DNA of 63,951 bases from Psammoneis japonica (lineage: Eukaryota), in the NCBI GenBank assembly GCA_008632985.1, contig QPGO01000126.1, forward strand, positions 62,050 through 126,000, read 5' to 3'. Positions 11,458 to 21,100 of the stretch are shown here, piece by piece. The stretch's first letter is position 1, and each line of letters starts with the position of its first letter. Under the pieces are notes generated by a model that was given only the letters and a program-made list of their open reading frames with translations, had not been told where the DNA came from and did not search any database. The position numbers were made by a program, and so were the translations under genes.

Positions 11458-12998
11458 TACAGAGGTGCACGCCATTGATGCGCACTTGGCTAATTTTTTC
11501 TATGAATGAAAAATGCACGTGGGCAGCAACAAGTTTGCTTTTTAGGGGACGCTGAAACAGGACACAAAACATCAGATTTGCAATTTGTCAATTTGAAAAT
11601 GGGTCACTCGGCCACAATGCCAACATGGCAAATGGAAACCTTGCTCAGGTCTTGTTTGTCAAGAAGTGGATTGACAGGATTCATCACAAATTTCTGATGG
11701 CGACTCCAAGGCACCACAAAAAAGATCCGCAATTTCGCCCCTTGCTTCAGGTGCAATTCACGCTTCAAAGTTCTCATCTTCTCTGCTGCAGCACCATGCT
11801 GGTGGGATGTTGTTGCCTGAATTGCATCGCAGCCATCTTCAACCCAAAAGATCACATCAATCAAAGGCTCACTTTCATTCCTCGAGCAAAGCATGTGTTG
11901 TTTGGCTTGGTCTTTTCGGACATGCTCACTCATGTTTGACACTCTGACTGTGGTCCGTTTTGCTCCAAGCGCAATCCCACCGACAACTGGCTGGCAGTTC
12001 TTCTTCTCATTCTTTGTTGTGTTTGGTGGCTTTTTGTTTTTGCTCTTGCGGACTTGATCTTTCACAAAGTGAGCCGGGCCCATCGAAAACTTCAGACAAA
12101 GATGCGACTTGAAAAGATTTCCTGGTTGCCAGCGTTGTCTTTGTCAAGAACTTCATGCCAAGACATCCTGAGGTGCTTCTCAGCAAGAAGCTCTTCTGCA
12201 TGATCTGATTTCAGGGTTGTCTTGAATCTCTCCATGTCTTGATCATGTGGGACGATGCCGACAAGCACACTCGATGGCGCACTCTTGCTAAAAGCGAGCT
12301 GGTGCCTGCCCTCTGCAAGTTCTTTGACTGCACTTGCATCAAGGTTTGGGGCCGTTTCCATGGCCGCATTGAACTTTGTCTTGTTGAACATCGCAACATC
12401 GCGAAAAGAACCTCCCACGATCCTCAATCAACGTGATGTTTCATCATCACAGAGAGTTTTCAGCTTGACAAGGTGTTTCTTGGCCACAAGCAGTTGACAT
12501 CCAGTCCAAAGACAACCGCAAACCAATGCACCCGGTTTGGGAGGGGGTCCAAATTCCAAAAAGCTCATTCCATCGGATGATGCCCAGTCTTTGGTGAAGT
12601 TGTTTCCACCCCAATGTTGGCTGTCGTCAGAGGCCGCCATGATGAATCTAACACCACGAAGCTCACTGGCATCTCCACATGATCCAAAGTGGTCTCCTGG
12701 GTCCACAATGCAGGGTGCACCTTGCCTCTTCAAACTGGGAATTTTGCTTCTTTTCTCAGTGTTGGGCATGCAGCAAACCGCTGCATTCACATCCTTGACC
12801 TCCTTGTTCTCCAAGACTGGAACAAATTTGTAAAAAACATCAACCAACCCAGAGGACCTTCGGATGGTGTGCACGACGGGTTCTTCATGATCCATGATGA
12901 GTTGCTGCAACAAATGAAGTGCAGTTGTGGTCTTTCTAATTCCAGTTTTCCCGACACCACACACTTTGTGTCCCTTTGACCCTTCAACCACCGGACTT

Positions 12999-13028
12999 GA
13001 GCAAATCTCCACGGGTGGAGATTTGTTC
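12999..13028. repeat. 30-bp near-perfect palindrome (copy 1)
   Basis: gagcaaatctccacgggtggagatttgttc. Confidence 0.9.
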
Positions 13029-13284
13029 CCTCATGTCACAAATGTGGCGAAACAAGCAATTTCAGACATGCACAACATTTTGTTCGCGCGATTTTGTTTT
13101 GGAACGCGCATTCGCCAAAAATCTGGGGGAACCCTTTTTGTAATTTAGAAAGTTCAATGTCAACTTTTAACACCGGGCTTTTTGCAAGCTTCATCTGTGG
13201 ACAGAGAGGAACTAAATCTCAACCCACAACAATGCAGGTTGTCATGAATTGCTGTCACAAATGGAGCAATTGTGCCACACCCTT

Positions 13285-13316
13285 GGAGCAAATCTCCACC
13301 GGTGGAGATTTGCTCC
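13285..13316. repeat. 32-bp perfect palindrome (copy 2)
   Basis: ggagcaaatctccacc|ggtggagatttgctcc. Confidence 0.95.
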
Positions 13317-16300
13317 CAACACAAGCAAATGCATGTGGCACACTTTACGCAGATTCTACGCTGTATGACATTTTTATGCTGTGTGCATTGTGCCATCATA
13401 AAAGTGCATGGAATGGTTCCAAAATGCTTCATCCTCAGGGCACACAACAACTTTAATCAGACGGCCAGGGCTCTGAAGTTCGGGAACATGGTCTTGGCAC
13501 ATTTTCACATCCGTCTCTCCGATTTGCACTGGCCATGAATGCAGAACTGCACTGCGAATTTCAATCGCTGCTGCAAGGTTGGGCATTTCGACATCGCCTT
13601 CTGTGGGGACTTTCTTGGCCTTGCGTCTCCACGCATCCTTGTAAATTTCGAACAAACTGACCAAAATGGAGTGCACCTGTCCCAAATGAATCGATGGACT
13701 TAGTTGCAAAAACTCCAAACCCTTGAGGACAGTGCAGATGGATGCAGTGTCGGCGAAGGGTTCCAACCACAACAATGCGGGCCGCAACCTCTTCAAAATC
13801 TCTTTGTCAGTCACACCCTCTGCAGTTGCAGAAGTCTTGAGAGAGACCAGTGTTGCAGTGTCTCCTGTGGCATCCACTGCTGCATCCATTGCATCAGGTT
13901 CTCTGGTTTGGCTTTCTTCTTTGCATCCATCATCTTGTTGCATTGTCAAGCACCAAGCACAAGGGAGAGCAATTTATGAACGGAAGTTGCCGTGTGCCGG
14001 CACTGCTCAGCGTTCAGGAGATTGGAGGTCCAAGCAGATGCAGACAGTTTTACATTGCGTGGAAATCTACGCAATGATTGCTTGGTGCATTTCAACGTAA
14101 TTTCTCGCGCAACCTCCGACCTCTGTGAAGAGCTCAGACATCCATGATGACTTTGGCATCACACTTGCAAATCACAAGAAGCACCAATCATGCTGTTTGT
14201 TTTGGATTTGAGCATTGTCATGACAACACCAATGCTGGCATTGACAAGCTTCTTGCAGAGACATTCCACCATGCTTCCCAAAGGCTGGATCTTGCAGATG
14301 AGTTGCTCAACTCTCCATGGCATTCTCTGACTGTGCTGCTGCACTTGGAGTTTCATGATCTGTTGGGATGGAGAGGAGGACAAAACTTGCATTGTGCATG
14401 CAATGGCAACAAGGTTGGGCCATCTGCAGTGGGGCAAACCCCTTTCCTGCTGGTGTCAAGGTCATGGATTGAGCAAGGAGCCTTGCAAAGTGACCCAGTT
14501 CTTGTGGAAAATGTTTGCATGAGCTGCACAAGATTGTGGCACCCCCCTGGTGAAAGATGTGCCCAAGATCAAACCTCAAGTTGACATTGATGATGCTGGC
14601 ATTGCATCTGACCAAGGATTGCTCAAGTCAGTCACCTGCATGAATCACCCATTGAAATTGTGTCAAACATGGCCAACAGCACTCATCATCAGGGCGCAGA
14701 CTCTGGGCTGGCATGTGGAGCAGATTCTTTGAGCTGGAGGCAGCTCCAGACAACACCAGAATTCTCATGTGACAATGGCTCAGTGTGCAAGACACTGCAT
14801 GGTGTTTGGGCCTCTTGCCAAGAGAATGATGCACAATTGTTTGCAAAGTTGCGCCCTTGCAATTGTTGATGCCAACAAAGTGACAAAGGGCCCTCACCTC
14901 CCGCGCAAGGAAGTGGAAGCAGCTGAGCTGTCTGGCAGATGGCAAGATGTGCCATGACTGAGCCACTCTTGAGCTCCAGCACAGATTGACACTGAGAAGA
15001 TTTTTTCTGCTCTTTTGGCAAGAATGATCCCAACAAGAAGAAGTGGGTTGCTTCTGTGTTGGACCTTTGCATCATTTGCGTGCTCTGTGGCCCTGAGTTG
15101 GCACAAGCGAGCAGTGGCAGATGCAAAGGTGGAGTGCATCAAGAAGCTCCGCATGTCACTTCACAAGTGTGAGCACAACCAGAAAAAAGCAGAGTCAAAG
15201 AAGTGAGAGGCTGTCATGGCTCTGAATGTGCTGGGGTGCTGGGGAGTGCATTAAATGAGAAGAAACCCAAAGTGGAGTGAGAAGGGCAATGGCCAGTGTT
15301 GTGCATGAGCCTCCCTTGGAGGAGCGTCATGTGGGCAAGTGAAGCAAGACTTGTTTGCATTGTTTGGTGGCACTTGCAGCAAGATTCTGTCATCAGATGA
15401 AGAAGAAAGGTTTGGGTTCTGCATGAAAAGAAGACTCCTTGCCGAAGGAAGATGCGCTGCAAGCTGAGAAAGAATTTGTCCAAGGTCCTCTCAAGAGCTG
15501 GCGCCAACATGTTGTGCCATGGCACAAGGAGTTGTGCCCTGGTGACTCAAAGCTGCCATTCACACCTGACACCATTGCTGACTTGATGCCCCTCAATGTT
15601 GAAGTCTTGAACAAAAACTTGGAAAACAACTGCAAGGGTCAAAAGTGCTTTTGGGTTTCCCCCATTGATGGCACCAAGCTGCTCCTGCAAACAACTCGGT
15701 GATCTCAGTGCTGAGAGCCATGCTGAGTGAGTCAACACAAAGCTGATGTTGACAGAGGGCAACAACTGCCTTCTCAACAACAAAGTTGGAATGCTTCTTT
15801 CTTTGAACATGAATGAGCAGCTCATGCTGTGCACACACGCTGCACTCGCGAAGTGCTCGAGGAGGCATGCATTGCGGCCATTGCTTTTTTGAATGACAAA
15901 AAGGCAACCTTGAGTGAGCAACTGGCCAGAGAATGAGTCTGTGGTCAAAGCACAATTTCTTGTTGTGAGCACATCTCTGAGTGACCCAAATTCCCAAAAT
16001 TTTTGCCTGCGGCACTTTCATCCTGTGGCGCTGGTGATGCAAAGGGCACTTCTTTGTGAGTGGCTCATGAGCCATTCTGAAAGAAGTTCATGAGCTCTTT
16101 TGAGAGTTTGCAAACCTCCAGTTTGTTTGTCTCTCCTTGTTGAGCTGAAGTTTGTAAACTGTTTGTTTGGAAAAATTGGTGAATTGAAGCCCTTGCAAAG
16201 GTTCCTTTTGGTGAAGCTGAAGTTTGCAGAGATGACGTGGCAGCAGAGGGGCGAGGCAGGACCGAGAGTGTGCCAAACCCCGCACCATGCACGCATCGCC

Positions 16301-16987
16301 CCAAGCAAGATCCACTGGCACTGCATTCTGAAACACACATGGACCATTGAAAGATCCAATGGGCACCCCCAGCGAGCACCAGTTTCCGTTTTTCGTCGAT
16401 CCGCAGAATGTTGCTCGAAAGACCAGTTGCCAGATGCAGCAGCAGATGGCAAAACAGCGCAACAACTGTGTTCTCCACATCCATTCCCCTCGCTCAAAAC
16501 AAAACCCAAAGTCCAATTTTAAGTGCTGCTGCGCTTCCACCCTGCAACTCCGGCAACAAGCTGACCCACACTCCCAGTGCACCAGGTGCGGCAGGAGCAC
16601 ATGACCCTGCTTGTTGTTTGCGAGCTCGAATTTGCACAGACATGCTCCAGAGCGCATCTGTGCATTCACGTAGATTTTGTGCCAGTCGCATCGTAGAGGG
16701 ATGTTGTTCGCCTGCACCAACGAACTCTTTCTCGTACACAAAATATCACCCACGCCTGCCGGATGGGTTGGAGGCACATTTTCCTGGCACACACACGTAG
16801 AATTTAACGCAGCTGCACAGATGGTCTCTGGAGACCATCTGTGCAGGCGACAGTGCAAGCAGGGATGACAATTGTCCAAGATCGGCATCACCCTCGGGTG
16901 ATGCCGTGCCAAACTAGCTTGCGATGGTGCGCGTTCCCCTTGTTCAGAATCATCCTGCAACAAAAAGAGTGACAGCGCACACTCAAC

Positions 16988-17482
16988 ATGCCCAAGTTTC
17001 TGACAAATGAAAAAATCTTCTCCATCGGGGACAAGTTCAAGATCAAGGACGAAAAAGAAAATGATGTCGACCAGGTGATTGGAAAAGTCGCATCCTTTGG
17101 CGACCAGCTCTCGTTTCAGGACATGGATGGGAATCAACTCTTTTTTGTCAAAGAGAAGCCCGTCAACCTCTTGAAGGTGCACGAAGTTTACAACAAGGGA
17201 GACGAAAAATCTGGCGACTTGTGCCTTGGCCTCAAGAAGAAGCTCACCTTCTCCAAGCCCAAGTTTGAAATCGAAGCTCCCGGTGGTGCCAAGTGCATTG
17301 TTGATGGTGGAATTGTCCAACACGATTTTACAATTGGCAGGGATGGTGTGGTCGTAGCCACGATCAGCAAGAAGTTCTTCGCAATGAGTGATCGCTGTGG
17401 AGCAGACGTCTTGGATGAAGAAGATCCCGCTTCGATTCTGGTCATTTGCATTGCTCTCGACCAGGCTTTGCATGACAAGTAA
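16988..17482 (+). CDS. LURP-one-related / Tubby C-2 (YxjI-like) protein; ORF open but probably mutated
   Basis: KIFSIGDKFKIKDE...GKVASFGDQLSFQDMDGN...HDFTI.RDG..VATISKKFF..SD.CG.DV...ED..SILVICIALD matches the bacterial-type LURP-one pattern; several expected Tyr positions carry Cys/His. Confidence 0.8.
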   Translation: MPKFLTNEKIFSIGDKFKIKDEKENDVDQVIGKVASFGDQLSFQDMDGNQLFFVKEKPVNLLKVHEVYNKGDEKSGDLCLGLKKKLTFSKPKFEIEAPGGAKCIVDGGIVQHDFTIGRDGVVVATISKKFFAMSDRCGADVLDEEDPASILVICIALDQALHDK

Positions 17483-18148
17483 TTAAAGTGATGATTGTCG
17501 TTGCGTGTGCTGATCTTGCACCAGCGACGACAACTGTCGGTTGGTTTTCCACAGCAGCAGTTAAAAAAAAGATAACTGCAAAAGTGTCTTGGCTGTTCTG
17601 CCAAGAACGCAGGCTCAACATCATGACCTCAGGCATCTACAGTCATCAAGTGACAAAACATAGTCTGTTTTGCACTGCTTTCCAGACCCATTCGTGTGAC
17701 TCGAGTGTCACATCCTGTTCCCCAGCAGATCTGCTACGAGCACAAGTTCCTCGCCAGACGTTGAAGAAGCTGCAACTGACTGAGCAACTTCTCCATCTTT
17801 TCCTGCTCCTCTACGTCTTCTTTGACCATCATTCCAACAGCCCAATCATTAAAAATTAGGGCCCTAAGTTGATACAATGAGCTTTGTAGCTTTCTTCTCT
17901 ACCGGTGCCGGCACGTGCCGGCACGTCTCGGACCTGTGCCATCTTGTGACCGGAGAAAACGGGGATCATGGCTGGGCGCACGTGCTCTATTTTGGTCCGA
18001 CCGTCGTAGGGTAACGGTTACACATGTAGAAACGTGGTATCCAGCTACGTGTGGTCGTCATCATTTGCTTGTGATCGTGCGTTGCGCTTGGTGCCGGTCA
18101 CAATGATGAGCGCACCTGTGTTTTTGGCGACAAACAAATAGGTCAACC

Positions 18149-21100
18149 ATGGCAGATTTTTTTGCGGATGACGAGCAAGATGGATGGGGCGATGATGATC
18201 TTGATGGGCTAGATGATCTCGATGATTTTGAATTGAACGAAGAAAAAACTCCAGGGAAAAAGAACGAGGAAGAACCTCCACTTGTTGCGAACACTGCAGT
18301 AAAGTCTCGAGAGGAGGAGGAAACGAAATCCTCATTATTTTCCTCAGCTGTAGCAGCAATGTCGCCAGAAACTGATGCTTGGGGAGACGATGATCTCGAT
18401 GGGCTTGATGATCTCGATGATGTTGAAAAGCCAGGAATAGACTCGGAACCGGTACCGGAACCGGATGAGAAAGAAATAATGTGCATGGATGAAGCTAATG
18501 ACGAACGACTTGAATCCGCCAAAAGTCGAAGATCGAGACAGGAAGACTCGACAACGAAACGCTACAGTCATCTGAACCTGAAGGAGGCATTCTAAACACA
18601 GAAACGGAGGACTGGGGTGAACATGATCTCGATGGGCTTGATGACATAGTAATTGACGAAACCACACAAAAAGACTCAGCGACAATAGAGACGGTTCAGC
18701 CTCAGGAGCAAAAAATGTGAACGGATCTGGCGAGCAGCAAGTTGAATCCGAAAATGCATCAAAGATCGAAACAGAAAGACCCGACACCGAGTCTCCAAAC
18801 TTGTCTGGCGAACCAGAAAGAAACATACTACAGGCAGAAAAGGAGGCATGGGGAGACGACGACCTCGCCGGTCTAGATGATCTCGATACGACTACTGAAA
18901 TGTCAGAGAGCAGCCCACTAGCAACAGAGACAGTGACTCATCAGGAAGAAACGCAAATGAATGGAACAGACGAACAGTTTGAACGACTCGAAAACGAGGT
19001 AGAGAAGGCATCGTCAGCAAACCTCGATTCAGCTGAACATGAAGCAGCGATAACGTCAGAAACGGAGTCATGGGGTGAAGATGATCTAGCGGGTCTGGAT
19101 GATCTCGATACGGCTGCTGAAATGCCAGAAAACAGCCCCGAAACAAATGAGTCGGTTCTGCCTCATGAACAAATGCTGACGAACGGAGCAGACGAACAGA
19201 TTGAACGACTCGAAAACGAGGTAGAGAAGCCATCGTTAGCAAGCATTCTATCGGCTGAACCTGAAGCAGCCATATCTGTGGAGATGGAAGCTTGGGGTGA
19301 CGACGACTTAGCGGGTCTGGATGATCTCGATGCTATGAATATGTCAGAAAGCAGCCCTCTGGTAGCGGACACAGCTACTCGTCAGGAAGAAACGCCGGTG
19401 ACTGGAGCAGATGAACAGTTTGAACGACTCGAAAACGAGGTAGAGAAGGCATCGTCAGCAAATTTCGTGTCAGCTGAACCTGAAGCAGCGGTATCGTCAG
19501 AAACGGAGGCATGGGGTGAAGATGACCTAGCGGGTCTGAATGATCTCGATACGACTACTGAAACGCCAGAAAACGACCCCGAAACAACTGAGTCAGTTCT
19601 GCCTCAGGAAGAAAAGCTAGCGAACGGAGGAGGTGAACAGATTCAACAACTCGAAAATGAGGAAGAGAAGCCATCGTCAGCAAACATTCTGTCAGCTGAA
19701 CCTGAAGCAGCCATATCTTCGGAGATGGAAGCTTGGGGTGACGACGACCTAGCGGGTCTGGATGATCTCGATGCTATGAAAATGTCAGAAAATGACCCCG
19801 TATCTTTTCCTCGGGAAGAGAAGCTAATGAATGGAGGTGACGAACAACTTGATATACCGGTCAAGGAGACACTGAGAGCATCGGCTGAATCCGAAGCTGC
19901 GATATCGCCAGAAACTGATGCTTGGAGTGACGACGACCTAGCGGGTCTGAATGATCTAGATACCAGTGATATGTCAAGAATTCCTCGTCATTCTGAAAAG
20001 CGAATGAATGGGTGCGAACAAGTTGGAAGCCTGGACAACGAAGCATCGAATGCAGCAGACGGAAATCTCTCGTCGACTAAACCTGAAGCAGCGATATCGT
20101 CAGAAACGGGGGCTTGGGGCGACGACGACCTATCTGGGCTGGATGATCTCGATGCTACTGAACGGTCAGAGAACGACCCAAAAACAACGGAACCGGTACC
20201 ACTTATTGAAGAGAAGCTTGTAAATGGACCTTCTCCTGACGAATACCCTTTATCCGCCAACAAATCGAAGGCCAAAATAGAAATGCGTGAAGAGGAGGCA
20301 CTACAGCCATCAGCAGCAAACCTCGCTACTGAACCTGACGCCGCCACACAGTCTGAAACGGAGGTCTGGGGTGAAGACGACCTCGAGGGGCTTGATGATC
20401 TCAATGCTACATACGTCGCAGAGCCAGTTCCGATAGTCACGGATGAATCTGTTTCTCTTGAGAAGGAAATGCTGAATGGGACCACTGATAGCAAGCAACA
20501 TGAATACACAGCGACGTCAACTTCAGAAACGTTCCAGGAGCATCAGGGGGAATTGATAGAAGCAGCAATTCCCTCCGCTGAACCTCAAGCAATCCTGCAG
20601 TCAGAAACACAAGGTTGGGGTGATGATGAACTTGATTATCTCAATGATATGGATGATTCTTTTCGAAGTGACACAACAGCAACGCCTCCAGAAAAGGAAA
20701 TACTTGAACCGGAGGAGCAGCCTGAATCCACATTCGCGCCGGAAACAGAGAAGCCGCACGAGGAGCTAGAAACATATGCAAGAAAAAACTCCTCGCCGAA
20801 CTCTGATGTCGCTATCACAGAAGATTGGGGTGATGATCTCGACGGTATCGATGATCTCGACGATATTGTCGTGTCCGAAGAAGATCCCATAACGACTGAA
20901 GAATCGCCTGCTAAGAACGAAATGACTTTAGCGTCAACGGAAAGAGCAGAAAACTGTCAAGAGGAGAAACTCGCATCACTTGCCGCCTCAGCTGAACCTA
21001 AACCCGCATCAACTTTGCTGTCGGACGCAGGAAATTGGGAAGATGATGACGTTTTCGACTCGTCTGAATCTGAACAAGATCAAATCATGGCAGCCGACAA

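Larger units (their letters stand above)
11604..13949 (-). pseudogene. Crinkler/RHS-type effector pseudogene (P-loop NTPase plus PD-(D/E)xK REase)
   Basis: Fragments 13374-13949, 12428-13012, 12092-12427, 11604-12083: degraded Walker A VCGVGKTGIRKTTT, Walker-B-like CIVDPG, IVGGSFR, then SRNESEPLID...IQAT...H...LRIFFVVP; frameshifts and stops. Confidence 0.7.
6430..17850. other. TpA/CpG-depleted hypermutated island B (about 11.4 kb)
   Basis: TA nearly absent, survivors mostly TTAA/CTAA/TTAG/CTAG; CG depleted in the core but kept at the edges; dense short C/H/Q/W-rich ORFs; contains a MITE, a CRN pseudogene and a LURP-one gene. Confidence 0.9.

Noticed and set aside
6496..16800. Dozens of overlapping C/H/Q/W-rich ORFs on both strands as real small or zinc-binding proteins
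   Set aside because: Loss of TA removes TAA/TAG stops and Tyr codons, which inflates ORF number and Cys/His content
14100..16900. Identity of decayed coding fragments here and at 57300-59750
   Set aside because: Protein-like stretches exist but no family motif is recognisable without reverting mutations and searching
16088..17473. 461-aa minus-strand ORF, and other long antisense ORFs such as 27744-28508
   Set aside because: Antisense shadows of real genes (LURP-one, ATP sulfurylase), extended by stop-codon depletion or codon bias
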